The notes under the pieces: generated by a model
The model's input: the letters and a program-made list of their open reading frames with translations, nothing else
The model's database searches: none
What the model was told of the DNA's origin: nothing
Part shown: positions 50,021 through 63,533 of the stretch, in pieces
Layout of the letters: each line of letters begins with the position of its first letter
How positions within the stretch are numbered: position 1 is the stretch's first letter
Assembly (NCBI RefSeq): GCF_004010195.1
Contig: NC_057718.1
Location: 82,052,711 to 82,116,710, forward strand
DNA: 64,000 nt
Reading direction: 5' to 3'
Source of the DNA: Chiloscyllium plagiosum
Taxonomy: Eukaryota
Position numbers and translations under genes: made by a program

Positions 50021-52482
50021 ATAGAGTCATAGTGTTGCCCAATACATTCAGGAATCTGATGGTCCACTCAGGCAGCCTTTTTAGGGCGTTAACGAGGAGA
50101 ATTAGCTACTCGTCACTTTAACCCTGCCATCCCACCCCCATCCTATCTCTTTAAATAAAGTGGCTTCTGGATAGGGTGATGCCAGGAAATTGGTATGATG
50201 TCTGCCAGCATAAATGTATGCACTCACCTCACTATGAACTCACCCCATCAGGGCATAAAAGTGCAATATTTGATGTATAATGACTCCAATATAACCTTAT
50301 AACCACCTATTCACCCTTCTTTACGCCTCCGAAACATTACTCGACATTGTCCCTGTCACAACTTATTTGTGCTGAAATCCTCACCCAAGCCTTTGTTGCA
50401 TCTGGACTATTTCATTCCTGGTTGGTCTCGTACATTGTATCCCCTCTAAACCGGAAGTCATACAAGATTTTTCTATTTGTGTCATTCTTATCAATTCCCA
50501 TTTGCCTATTACCCCTGTGCTCATGCATCTGCAACAGCTCCCATTAAGTAACATCTTGTTTTTAAAATTCCCATTCTTATTTTCAAAGCCACCCAGGACC
50601 TCATTCTTCCCTGAACTTAAAATCTCTGCCAAAGCCATAGCCCTGTGGAATACCTGAATTCCTCAAATCTAGATCACTCAAACTTGATTTTAATATCTCC
50701 ACCATTGCTGACTGTGTCTTCAGTTGCATTGGCCTTAAAATCTAGATTGTCTCCTCACCTCTGCTTGTCTACCATGCCTTTGTCCTTTAACACATGCCTT
50801 AAAACCATCCTCTTTCCCCAATATTTTGGTGATCTGACCTCTGTGATTGTGTCATGTTATATTTTGTAGCACTCCTGTAAAGCGCCTTGGGACGTTACAT
50901 TAAAGGTGCTACATAACTTGAATTGTTATTGTAATTTCATCTTTTGAACTTCCCAGTGTGCCCTTTGAAACTGTCTACGCAGTGATCTCTGTGATGCCAA
51001 AGTGCATCATTCCAGAGCTGCCCAGTTCCTGAGCTCTGGAATTCTCTCCCTAAACATCTCCTCTCCTTTATCTTCAGTTGCTCTTTTGAGACACTCTTTA
51101 ATACTCTGAAGGTTTTAGTACTAATGTTTCTTTGTGTGGAAAGTGCCAAATGTTGTTAAATTATGTTCTTGTGAAGTATCCTAGGCTGTTTAAGGTGTTA
51201 CGTAGACATAAGCTGTCATTTTTAATACACATTTTTTATTTTTTTTAGATGTTGACTTTACTAAGTTTCAGCTCTTATGCTAATTCATTTGTCAGGTTTA
51301 TTGCTGAGAGGGGAGTGCTGGAAAAGCACAGCAGGTCAGGGGTTGGAGGGAAGGTAGTTGAGAATTCGATAGGTAGAATTGAACTCAACTCTGCACACCT
51401 TGACACCATTCTGTCCTCCTTAGTCCAGAAACTCTCCACCTATGTTCGGGACACCACCCGCGCCCTTCACCACCTCCAAGACTTTAGTTTCCCTGGCACC
51501 TAATGCCTCATCTTCACCATGGACATCCAGTCTCTGTACACATCCATCCGCCACGATGAAGGTCTCCAAGCCATCTGTTGCTTCCTCTCTCACTGTCCCA
51601 ACCAGTGCCCTTCCACCGATACCCTCATCCACCTGGCTCATCTAGCCCTCACCCATAACAACTTCTCCTTCCAATCCTCCCACTTCCTCCAAACCAAAGG
51701 AATAGCCCGTGGGCACCTGACCCAGCTATGCCTGTCTCTTTGTCAGGTACATGCAACAGTCCATCTTCCACAGCTACCTTGGCGCCACTCCCCACCTGTT
51801 CCTCCATTACATCAATGTCTGTATCGGCAATATCTTGTGCTCCCATAATGAGATTGAACAGTTCATCAACTTCACTAACACCTTTCACCCTGACCTCAAA
51901 TTCATCTGCACCATTTCGGACACCTCCCTCCCCTTCCTCGACATTTCCATCTTTGGCGACCAACTAACCATGGACATCTACTACAAGCCCACTGACTCAC
52001 ACAGCCACTAACACTTCACCTCCTCTCACCCTGCCTCCTGTGAAAACACCATCCCTTATTCCCAATTCCTCCGCCTCTGCCGCATTTGTTCCCAGGAGGA
52101 CCAATTCCACCTTCTTCCAAGATAGCAATTTCCCTTCTCTCATGGTTGATGATGCCCGCCAGCACATCTCCTCCTCTTCCCACACCTCCGTCCTTTCAAT
52201 GCAACAAGGACAGAATTCCCCTGGTCCTCACCTTCCATCCCACAAACCTCTGTGTACATCGCATCATCCTCTGCCACTTCCGCATCTACAAATGGGCCCC
52301 ACCACCAGAGATATATTTCCCTCCCCATCCCATCAACATTTCCTCCGCGACTCCCTTGTCAAATCCACACCCCGTGCCAGCCCACACCCCACTCCCGGCA
52401 CCTTGCCCTGCCACCACAGGAAGTGCAAAACCTGTGCCCACACCCTCTCCCTCACCTCCATCCAAGGCCCCAAAGGATCCTT

Positions 52483-52692
52483 GAGGAGAAAGTGAGGTCT
52501 GCAGATGCTGGAGATCAGAGCTGAAAATGTGTTGCTGGAAAAGCGCAGCAGGTCAGGCAGCATCCAGGGAACAGGAGAATCGACGTTTCGGGCATAAGCC
52601 CTTCTTCAGGAAGGGCTTGTGCCCGAAACGTTGATTCTCCTGTTCCCTGGGTGCTGCCTGACCTGCTGCGCTTTTCCAGCAACACATTTTCA
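52483..52692. mobile_element. Short PLE fold-back element nested in a PLE of the same family
   Basis: 52520-52604 inverted at 52610-52694. Perfect 16-bp TSD gccccaaaggatcctt at 52467-52482 and 52693-52708. Confidence 0.93.
52577..52612 (-). ncRNA. Minimal hammerhead ribozyme motif of a second PLE family
   Basis: Reverse complement TTC-CTGAAGA-A-GGGC(ttat)GCCC-GAAA-CGTC-GATTC, with ACGT palindrome and GUC triplet. Confidence 0.7.
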
Positions 52693-53393
52693 GCCCCAAA
52701 GGATCCTTCCACATCCGACAGAAATGTACCTGTATTTCCATAATGTCATCTACTGTAACTGTTGCACCCAATGTGGTCACCTCTGCATCAGGGAGATGGG
52801 ACACCAACTTGTAAATCGTTACAGAGAACATCTGCACAAACGAACCCCACCACCCTGTGGCTGAACACTTCAACTCCCCCTCCCACTCTGCCAAGGACAT
52901 GCAGGTCCTGGGCCTTCCCCATCACCAAACCCTTACCATCTGACACCTGGAGGAAAAACACCTCATATTCTGCCTTGGGGCCCTGCAATCACATGGGATC
53001 AATGTGGACCAGTTTCCTCATTTCCCCTCCCCCCACATTATTCGAGTCCCAAGCCTCCAATTCGGCACCGCCCTCCTGACCTGTCCATCATCTTTCCCAT
53101 CTATTCACTCCACCCTCCTCTCTGACCTATCACCCTCTCCTCCACCTTCATCTACCTATTGCATTCTCAGCTACCTTCTCCCCAGCCCCATCCCCCTCCC
53201 ATTTATCTCTCAGCCCTTCCAGCCCACAAGCCTCATTCCCAATGAAGGGGCTTATGCCTGATTCTCCTGCTCCTTGAATGCTGCCTGAACTTTTCCAGCA
53301 CCACACTCTGATCTCCAGCATCTGCAGTCCTCACTTTCTCCTCAGGTTTATTGCTGCCAGTCACGACACCCAGCTTGGGAACATGTCAGCTAA

Positions 53394-53540
<147 letters not shown>

Positions 53541-55766
53541 TAAACTCACTATTTTTGATTCTTGAGAAATAGGTTAGAAGGCTATTTAAAGGTAATTTAA
53601 TTAAACTTGCATTTAGATAATTTCTTTCACATCGTTGGAAATCACCATGGGATCTCTTATTGACAAATGTTTCAACTAAAAATTATAACCTTCCACATTG
53701 CATCTCTGAGTCTAATCTAGCTACACTACCCTCCACTGTGCTGGTGCAGGATGTAAGCAAATGCCTTGCCAATGCATCTTCAGAAGGCTCACAGCCATCA
53801 TCTTTGAGCTGGTGTGGGTGGTGCTATTGAGCAGATGTTGTATCTACCTTTGGTTTGCTGTATGTTGTTGACCATCCGTATCTGTGGAAGAGAAGAGAAA
53901 GAATTATTGGTGAAGGTGTATAAACCCTGATGTAGAGGACTGTGGGAGACTTCCAACCTTTCTGTGAAGAGTACACTGCAATATACCTTGCGGGTTTGAT
54001 CTACCTGTTCCTATCCCTCCATCAACATGGAGCTAGTTATTTTGCTGAGTTTCAGACATTTCTGGGGCTGCTGGGAATGAGGACCGTAGACACTAGGTTA
54101 CTTCTGGCTTGCCGTGTGTGAAGTGCTTTTAAATATAGTGCCAGAACATCCAACCCCAGAAATTCCCAGCAGGGAATATAACTTCTGTTTGCCTGTCTTA
54201 TTGATTCCCTGTTTAGGGAGTGCATCAACTCATTTACCTAAAACAAAAATTAATGGCAAAGGGCATGATCAAGAGAGAAAACTTGCCACTGACAATGACA
54301 GAAATGACACTAACTTGGATGCCCAATGTCACAGTTTAAATCCAAATGAATGATGCTGGCCCCATCTCCAACACCCCTTTCTTTTCCAAAGTTCTTTAAC
54401 AACTTTTTACCTCCCAAATCTGTTCTTCATCTTTTCTATTACTTCATGTTTGAATCCCTCCAATGAGGTTTCGGTTCCAGCCAATGCACTGGAAAGTGGT
54501 TCTTCTTAAAAAATCACAAATGATTTGTGACTTGTATGACTCTGAAAAGGTAAACTATCCCTCCCTACCTTCCACAACTTGATTGCAGTCTCAATAGAGA
54601 TGATCTTACCAGCTTCCTCTCACACCTCTCCACTCTCAGCTGAATAGGACTGCACTTTATTTATTCCATTCTTATCTATCTAATTGAAGCCAATTTGTTG
54701 CTTTTCCTTTTACTCTGCAGCATTGTCTCTGGTGTCTTCCAACAATCTTACTTTGTCCTCATACCCCTTCCTATTATTTAAATATATGCTGCTCTTGTAG
54801 ACATATTCTAAAAGCACAGCCTTTAGAACACTCTGATTTTAATTCTTCCACATGTTGGGGACAACTTTCAGCTAACCAAGCACTCTAAACTCTCGGGGTC
54901 CCTGCCTAAGCTTCTCCACTGCTCAATCTCTTTCTTCCTGTAATTCACTCCTTAAACATATCTCTGACCAAGCTTTTGACTATCTGTCCTTGCGTCGCAG
55001 TCTAACTTTGCTTTACAAAGCTCCTGAGGATTCCTTGTGACATTTTGTCACTTTACAAATTCAAGTTATTGCTTCTTTCGACAATGTTCTGAAATGTTTT
55101 CAAATTTGTAAGCTACTGAAAATTGTTTTTCCTTATTTACCTGATAAAAGCTCCTTAGAGGTATTGTACTTACAATTCTATCAGATTTCTTCTCCACCTC
55201 CTCTATCCTATTTTTTGTCATCTGTCTTAATATCTCCTTATATTAGTTAGCATCAGTTTTCCTTTTTGATTTTTTTTCCTGTGAAGTGCCTTGGGATGTC
55301 GTGCCGTATTAAAAATGCTTTATCAATTCAACTTGTGGTTTTTCTGTATCTAGTGTCTCTAATTGATCCTCATAACTAAAGCCTGCCCTTCCCCTTTCAA
55401 ACTTGACATCATCTTCACAAATCACTAGTGCACATTCTCCCTGGCCTTGACATCATAAGGCATGCAAAACTGAACGTGATATTCCAATTGCTGTTGAAGT
55501 AATAGTTTAGCTTTACATGTTTGATTTTGTGCTGTTTGTGTTCTTGACTCCATACACTGATGGTGTCAGCAGCCAATGGAAAAAGAAATGAGGTGGGTGT
55601 AAAACAGGTAATTGATTCAATGTTACTCATTTTGTGCTACAGGTCAAACTTTTCCACCTGTGTCCTGTTAAGCAAATCTACAATCCTGTATACACCTTGT
55701 AAAAAATCAGCTTTAACTTACTTACACATTTTAAAGCTATGTGTTTTATGAATTGCTAAGGCCCTT

Positions 55767-56740
55767 ATAGAGTCATAGAGACATAAAGCACGAAAACAGA
55801 CTCTTTGGTCCAACTCGTCCATGCCGACCAAGTTTCCCAAACTAAAATCGTCCCATTTCCCTGCATTTGGCCCATAACCCTCTAACCCTTTCCTATTCAT
55901 GTACTTGTCCAAATGTCTTTTGAATGTTGGAACTTTACATGCATATACCACTACCTCTGGTAGTTCATTACACATTCGCACCATTCTCTGTGTGGAAAAG
56001 TTGCACCTCAGGTCCTTTTTAAATCTTTATCCTCTCACCTTAAAAATATGTCCTCTAGTTTTGAATTTGCCTACTCTAGCTATTCACCTTATCTATGCCT
56101 GTCATGATTTTATAAATCTTTAAGATCATCTCTCAACCTTGTATGGTCCAGTGAAAAAACGTCCGAGCTTATCCAGCCTCTCCTTATAACTCAAAGCCTC
56201 CAGTCCCAATAGCATCCTTGTAGGTATTTTCTGCATCCTTGCCGATATAGGAAGGATATTATTAGGGTAACTAGAACTGTGCACAGTTCTCTAAGTTGGC
56301 CTCATCGTTGTCCTGTACAACTGCAACGTGATGTCCCAATTCCTAAACTCAGTGGTCTGAATAATGAAGGCAAGCATTCCAAATGCTGCCTTTACCACTC
56401 TGTCCACCTGTGATGCAATATTCAATGAATCATTTACCTGAACCCTTTGATCTACCTATTCTGTAATGTTCTCTCTGTCCCCAATGCACTACCATTTACT
56501 GAACAAGTCCTTCCCTTTCTCATCTTAGCAAAATGCAATACTTTGTATTTAGCCAAATTAAATTCCAACTCCTTAGCCCATTGGCCGAATTGATCAAGAT
56601 CCCTTTGTAACCCTAGATAATCTTCCTCACTGTCAACTATATCACCAACGTTGGTGTCATCCGCAAACTTACTAATCACGCTTCCTGTGTTCTCATCCAA
56701 ATCGTTTGTATAAATGAGAAATAACAGTGGACCCAGCACA
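55767..56740 (-). mobile_element. CR1 RT to 3' end
   Basis: LGPLLFLIYTNDLD...ISKFADDT; CR1 tail. Confidence 0.9.
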
Positions 56741-57150
56741 TGCAGAACACGGAGGCTGGGGCTATTTTTCCTGGTGCATCAGAGGCTGAGAGGCGACCTT
56801 ATGGAGGTTTATAAAATCATGAGGGGCATGGATAGGGTGAGTAGACAAGGTCTTCTCCCCTGGGTGGGGGAATCCAAAACTAGAAGGTATAGGTTTACGG
56901 TGAGAGGGAAAAGAATTAAAAGGGACCATACAGAGGGTGGCGTATATATGGAGTGAGCTGACAGACGAAGTGGTGGGGGCTGGCACAATTACAACATTTA
57001 AAAGGCATCTGGATGGGTACATGAATAGAAAGGTTTCAAGTGGTATAGGCCAAATGCTGGAAAACAGGACTTGGTTTATTTAGGATATCTGGTCAGCATG
57101 GACGAGTTGGCCCGAAGAGTCTGTTTCCATGCTGTACAGCTCTATGACTA
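56741..57150 (+). mobile_element. CR1 3' end, opposite orientation, abutting the previous copy
   Basis: RRLGLFFL.HQRLRGDLMEVYKIMRG; tail CTCTATGACTAT. Confidence 0.9.
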
Positions 57151-57151
57151 T

Positions 57152-58170
57152 AAGGCAGCTCACTGTCATCTTCTGGAATGCAACTAAGATTAGGCAATAA
57201 ATGCTGACAGAAAGAATAGTGATGTATTTCCCAAGTATGAAGGTGGCAATGTTCCCACGATCTGCCCTTGTCTTTTGAGATGGCAGTACTTGTGGGTTTG
57301 AGACATGTTGTCCAAGGAGCCTTGGTAAATGTCTGCAGTGCATCTTATAGATAGTATATAGTGCTGTGTTGGTGGTGGTGGAATGAATGTTTGTGGTGCC
57401 AATCAAGTGGGCTGCTTTGTCCTGGATGGTGTCAAGCTTCTCAAGTATTTTGGAGCTGCATTGATCCAGGCAAGGGGGAGTGTCCAGTGACACCCCTGAC
57501 TTGTGCCTTTAGATTATGGCCAGGCTTTGGGAAGTCAGGCGGTGAGTTACTCACTGCAGGAGTCCTAGCCTCTGAACTGGTTTTGTAGCCACAGTATTCA
57601 GATGGCTCGTCCAGTTCAGCTTCTGGTCAATGGTAACCCCAAGGACATTTATAGTAGATTATTCAGCAGTGGTTAACCTGTGAAAGTTAAAGTGATTAGA
57701 TTTTCTTGTGCTGTAGATGCTCATTTTGTGAAACTTATGTGGCCATTTGTCAGTCTAAACCTGGATATTGTCCAGGTCTTGATGCATTTGGACATAGACT
57801 ATTTCAGTATCTGATGAGGTTCTGAACATTGTGAAATCATCAGCAAATACCCCCCTTCTGACGTACGTAATGATAAGGGAAGTCATTGATGATGCAGCCA
57901 AAGATGATTGAGCCCACCACAGTCCCTGACCTGCAGAGATGTCCTGGAGCTATGAATGTCCTCCAGCAACCACAACCATCTCCCTACATGTTAAGTATGA
58001 GCAGCCAGAGGAGAGTATTCCCCAATTCTCAATGGTTCTAGTTCCATTAGGGATTCTTGCTACAACACTCGGTCAAATGCAGCCTTGATGTCAATGGATA
58101 TCATTTTCGTCTCACCTCTGGAATCAGATCTTTGTCCATGTTTGAACCAAGGCTGCAATGAGGTCAGGAG
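57152..58170 (-). mobile_element. Old CR1/L2-clade LINE RT remnant
   Basis: LEKLDTIQDKAAHLIG; LDIKAAFDRV on - near 58070-58100. Confidence 0.7.
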
Positions 58171-58447
58171 TAGATTGGGGAAACTAGACAGTTTTTTAAC
58201 CCATTGGGTGGCAATGGCAGATGTCAAGCCATAAATTGCCTACTTAAGGCCTCAATTGCTGGCAAGTTGTGAAAGTCCCCAATGGACCTTCTTGCCCAGC
58301 ATTAGTTGCAGAGATGGTGAGACAATTCTCTCCAGAGCCAACCCACTCCATTATTTCCCCTTCTTTCCACTTCCAAGGAGAGAAAAGTCATGGCCACAAC
58401 CCTCTGACTCTGGTATGAGAGCTACCAACTGAGCAATAGCTGACTCC

Positions 58448-58842
58448 ATAGAATCATAAACTCCCTACAATGTGCAAACAGGCCTTTGACCCATCCAGTC
58501 CTGACTGTTGTCTGTACAGCATCCCATGCAGATTCTACCCACCAACGCTCCCCCCCCCCCCCTCCAAACTCAATCAAACCCTATCCCTGTAACCCTGCAT
58601 TTCTTATAGCTAGTCTACCTCACCCTGCACATCCCTGGACATTATGGGCAATGGGCAATTTAGCATGGCCTAACCATCTAATCTGTGTGTCTTCGGACTG
58701 TGGGATAAAACTGGAGCAGCCAGAGGAAATCCACACAGACATAAGGAGAATGTACAATCTCCACAAAGTCGCCTGAGGCTGGAATCAAACCTGGGTCTCT
58801 GGCGCTGTGAGGTAGCAGTGCTAACCACTGAGCCACCGGGCT
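58448..58842 (-). mobile_element. HE1-type SINE
   Basis: Reverse complement GGTGGCTCAGTGGTTAGCACTGCT..., B box GGTTTGATTCC. Confidence 0.88.
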
Positions 58843-58972
58843 ATTTCATTTTATTGTTATTCCTTCACAGGGTTGTGGATATTTTTGGCAAGGCCACTAT
58901 GGTTCATTCCTAAGTTAGTGATTACTTGTTTCATGTTGGGAGCATTAATTGGTTTACTTTTTTCTCTGACAG

Positions 58973-59047
58973 ATTGTTTCAGCTGCTGTCCATGAAGATG
59001 GTTATGAGCTTAGTCTCCAAGTGAACTTTGTCCTTGCAGGAAATAAG
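58973..59047 (+). CDS. DZANK1: DZANK1 exon IVSAAVHEDGYELSLQVNFVLAGNK
   Basis: Acceptor ttttttctctgacag, donor AAG|gtttgt, conserved VHEDG. Confidence 0.95.
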
Positions 59048-60975
59048 GTTTGTTTGCTGTGGAGTTGCATGTTATCTGCTGGTTTTGAAATGATGTAAAG
59101 GCCCTCTGTAATGTTTACTGGTCGCTCCCCATTGAAATCAAGTAACTTGAAACACTGACCCAGATTTTAATAGATGCTAAAAAACATTGTAGGTTGCAAT
59201 TATGTTTTAAAATGACTGATCACTTGAATAAAAATGAAATTTCCTGCCAACCTCCTGCCTACATTACTTATGATTCAGATATCCTGTTCTACTTGTGAAG
59301 GTTTAAGAAAAACATGTAGGTTTCTATCGGGTTCAAGCTTGCTTGCCTTCCTGGCATTGTCAGCTTCCTAAAGCGACCTGGGCGGATTTCAGAGACCACC
59401 ACCTCCACAATGTTCCTCCAAATGCCCCCAGCCTGGGCAAACTAGCCACTGTTCTCACTCACAAAGGAAGTGTTAGGCCATTAATTGACCACATAATGCC
59501 CTCAATTGCTGTGATTCTCGATATTTTTGATTTTTTTCACGGCTATGAATTAAAACTATTTCTAAAAATCAGACAGAAATAGGAGAGGGATCATTTGGAT
59601 TTGGTAAAATGGCATTTCACCAGCCAAGAAACTGGGTGAGGGTGGAGTGGTAAGAAATGTCAACAAATGTTTTTTTAAATTCATCTTGGGATATGATGTG
59701 GCTGATATTGCCCTTCCCTTGATTCTGAGAGAAGGTCCTGGTGGACAGCCTTCTTGAACTGCCCATGTTGGGGTGAAACATTGTAGTGACTTACTCAGCC
59801 TTTTCCCAGGGTAGTTTAAAGCACAGCCACTGAGTGCAGTTATGTGCTGATCAGGGAAAGACAGCAGATTTCTTCATTGGTAAACCAGTTAAGTTTCATA
59901 ATGACAATATGGCAGTTTCATGATGACTTTTACTAACACCAGATTTTTGTTAAACTTATATTAAATTCTCAAACTACCCTGGAGGGATCTGAATTTTCAT
60001 CCTCTGCATTATTAGTCCAGGTATCTGGTTTACTCAAGCAATTACATAACCTCTACACTCTCATAGCCCCTAACAACATCTTTATGTTGTAAATAAAAGT
60101 CTCCTCTGCCACCAGTGGCACTGGTCCTCCTCAACTAGCCCAATCCAGGTGAGGAAGCCTTCAGTCTGCCCAGCCCTTCTTCCCTGATCATCATCACAGC
60201 CTGATCCTTTAACCTTTTCCCTTTCCTGATCATCACTTTGATCTTTGGTCATACTTACTGCTATCATGTTATAAATCTGCTTGTTACTGCAGTGCCTCTT
60301 CTGGTAAATATTTTATGGTGGCATACTCTCTACCATGAATCACTAGATAGGCCCAAGACAAAAGAAGGACAAGTGACAGCAACCTACGTGCAACTGCACT
60401 TACCCGGTCTCGCATGCTGCCACAAGTGGCTAATACCACAGGGGGACAGCACTGCTCAGCTGGGAAAATAGACTTCCCACTCCCAGCAGAGGACCAGATC
60501 CTGCCCACTCTTCCAAACTTACTCCAAATCATAAATCCTTAAAACATGTCCATAACCATCCTCAAGGAAAACACAAAATTGAAGATTACCCAGATGGCTG
60601 GGAAAGATGAGATAAGGACAGAGGAGGAGGGGTTATTAATGTATTTGGTAATGTTTGAACCCACTGTTACTGGTAGAAACTGATTTTCTTCAGTGTACGT
60701 TGAATATTAACCATGTTACACACTCAATGAGGAGCACTGGAACAGAAAATTAATTACTTGTATTGAAGACTATTTAGAAAATGAAACAGCTTTCATTCAA
60801 TAAAGTTGATGCTAGGCATATTCATAGCCTTGTGAAAGTCTGCGTTTAACAATGGACTAGGAGGCAGGTTGAGTGATTTGACCTTGGTTGGGTAAGTTGT
60901 CATCAGTAAAATTTAGTTGTGATGAGGAGTCACATGCTCAAGGTGCCTTTTTATGCTTTGTTTTCTGTCCAACAG

Positions 60976-61075
60976 AGCATTCTAACTGGAAAGGCAAGGA
61001 AGCTTTCTGAGAACAACTTCCTTAGTAGTGTGACTGAAGGCAGAGATGGTTGCCATAGTAGTCTGACCAGTTTAG
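60976..61075 (+). CDS. DZANK1: DZANK1 exon SILTGKARKLSENNFLSSVTEGRDGCHSSLTSL-, phase 0 to 1
   Basis: Acceptor ttttctgtccaacag, donor TTA G|gtgagt, LSS..EG motif. Confidence 0.92.
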
Positions 61076-61699
61076 GTGAGTTCCACTGATGCAGTATGGA
61101 TTTGACGGCAGTTGTTCAGTTTAAGGGAGTGGGTGGCATTTAGAGCACAAAATACTTTCTGTTTGAAAATGTCACACAGATTCGATGTAAGAACACCCTG
61201 CTTGTATTTTGTTGCTAAAAGTATCAGCTAAAGGAATCTGGCTCCTTTGTACCAAATCATGTTCTGGCTACGATTGTATAAACTACATCAGTACAGAAAC
61301 CAGCTCCACCTCAACAAAGCAAGAAAACACCTTTCTTTATTAAAAAAATCCCAATTTTTTCAATTATTAAACAACCAATTTGTGCTCTGCATTGTATTTC
61401 TATCTGTGTCTATAATGTGTTTATATAAAAATCAGCTTCCTTGTTAGAATAACAACAAATATGTGAAAAAAAAACTCATTAACAATGCAAAATGAATTAT
61501 ACCTATCCTCTCCCCAACCATATTTTAGTTGCCTTTTATACCTCAACAGTAGGTGGAAGTGATTTGTGTACTTGGACATATCAAGCTTTGTTCCTCCACA
61601 GCTTGTAAGTCTCTCATTGCTTATAAAAATAAATTCCAAAGTATCTGACATAGAAATGTGGAAAGTTCGAGTGTCAGCTGGCTATTTGTCCAATTGTGT

Positions 61700-61990
61700 C
61701 TCCTCCACCATCCAATGTGATCATGGCTGATCCTATATCTCAATGCCATGCTCCAGCTCTCTCCCTATATGCCTTGGCATTTTTAGTCTCTTAAAATCTA
61801 TCAGTTTCTTAAATATATGCAGTGATGTGGCCTTCACAGCCTTCTGTGGTAGAGAATTCCACAGGTTCGCCACGCTCTGAGTGAAGACATTTCTTCTCAT
61901 ATGAATCTGAAATGGTCTATCCCTCATGCTGAAACCCTTGTGACTTTCTGATGATGACAAAGGGAACATCATCCTTGCATCCAGTCACAC
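61700..61990 (-). mobile_element. CR1 3' fragment
   Basis: MRRNVFTQSVANLWNSLPQKAV. Confidence 0.8.
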
Positions 61991-62447
61991 TATCCCACAT
62001 TGCTCCGTTGGCCATGACTTAATCTAACAATGGCCCTTTGCAGCATCCATCTCCCATTTACAATATTTACTGTGGCTTTCTCAATGTAATTTATAGGTAA
62101 ATCCAGTGGCCTACTGTCCCCTTCTACTAAATATATTTTAAAAGTGGAAAACCATTTGGTGCACATTCCAGAGGAGACGTGCAGCAGATACATTTGCAAC
62201 AGTGGGGAAAGGCTTGCTGTATTTTCAGAGGTCTTTTGTAATGTTAATCTAGTGAAATCTTTGAGATATGAATAATCTTTGCAGTTTTCATAATGTGGAA
62301 ATTTCAGATACCAGATCAGCATAAAATGAAATAACCTCTAGCACATCAAGGAAACACAATTCTATTTGTCACCAAAACTGTTAACTGTGACTGGTTCTGA
62401 TGTTACTACAATGGTCATCCTTCTCAGTGCAATATTTCTGTATGCAG

Positions 62448-62542
62448 CCAGTGAGTCTCATTCAGACGAAGCATGCTCAAGCAAGAAACCCAAAAGTTCA
62501 AGGAGGAAAAGACAAGTGACAACAAAAGAAGAGAGATTGCCA
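62448..62542 (+). CDS. DZANK1: DZANK1 exon (A)SESHSDEACSSKKPKSSRRKRQVTTKEERLP
   Basis: Acceptor tttctgtatgcag, phase 1 start, donor CCA|gttggt. Basic linker expected before the ankyrin repeats. Confidence 0.78.
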
Positions 62543-62995
62543 GTTGGTATTCCTTATAATATCCTTAAATATTGTGAAATGCTAACACCAGCCTATGAGA
62601 AGTACTTGTTCTGAATTTTATTTCAGTTTGTATAATAACTTGCACTAAAATGTTATGCTGCGGAATGGTAGCATGTCTAACACAATGAGATCCTGATCTT
62701 AGCCTGGGTCACTTTGCAGAGCCCTCTCGTCCCTTAATTATCCTTTCCTAAGAAAAGCCATCGACCTCAGTTTTAAAAACTGAAATTAAAACTTGTGACT
62801 TGGAGGAGCATGTTCCAGATTTCCTCTCTCCTTTGTGTGAAAGCATGCTTTCTGGTTTCACTCCTAAGCTGTAAGTTTAGGTTTCAGTTCCTTTGATTTT
62901 GGTTTCTTTTTGAAGATTTCTCTTTGCCCCACCGAATCCCTTTGTAAATTCCAATCTTCTAAACTTGTAGGGATGCAGACCATATTAGTTTAACC

Positions 62996-63533
62996 TCATA
63001 GAGTCATAGAGATGTACAGCACGGAAACAGACCCTTCGGGCCAACCCATCCATGCCGACCAGATATCCCAACCCAATCTAGTACCACCTGCCAGCACTCG
63101 GCACATATCCCTCCAAACCCTTCCTATTCATATTCCCATCCAGATGCCTTTTAAATGTTGTAATTGTACCAGCCTCCACCACTTCCTCTGGCAGCTCATT
63201 CCATACACGTACCGCCCTCTGGGTGAAAACATTGTCCTTTAGGTCTCTTTTATATCTTTCCCCTCTCATCCTAAACCTATGCCCTCTAGATCTGGACTCC
63301 CCCACCCCAGCAAAAAGACTTTGTCTATTTATCCTATCCATGCCCCTCATATCTTTTCAACCTCTATAAGGTCACCCCTCAGCCTCCTAAGCTCCAGGGA
63401 AAACAGCCCCAGCCTATTCACCCTCTCCCGATAGCTCAAATCCTCCAACCCTGGCAACATCCTTGTAAATCATTTCTGAACCCCTTCAAGTTTCACAACA
63501 TCCTTCCGATAGCAAGGAGACCAGAATTGCATG
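62996..63533 (-). mobile_element. Young CR1 3' end
   Basis: Nearly identical to 22760-23290; VFTQRAVRVWNELPEEVVEAG. Confidence 0.92.

Larger units (their letters stand above)
51307..53341 (+). mobile_element. Penelope-like element (RT and GIY-YIG), decayed, with short inverted 5' end
   Basis: MDIQSLYTSIRHDEGLQA, LALTHNNFSF, DIYYKPTDSH, CHHRKCKTC. Perfect 15-bp TSD tcaggtttattgctg at 51292-51306 and 53342-53356. Confidence 0.93.
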
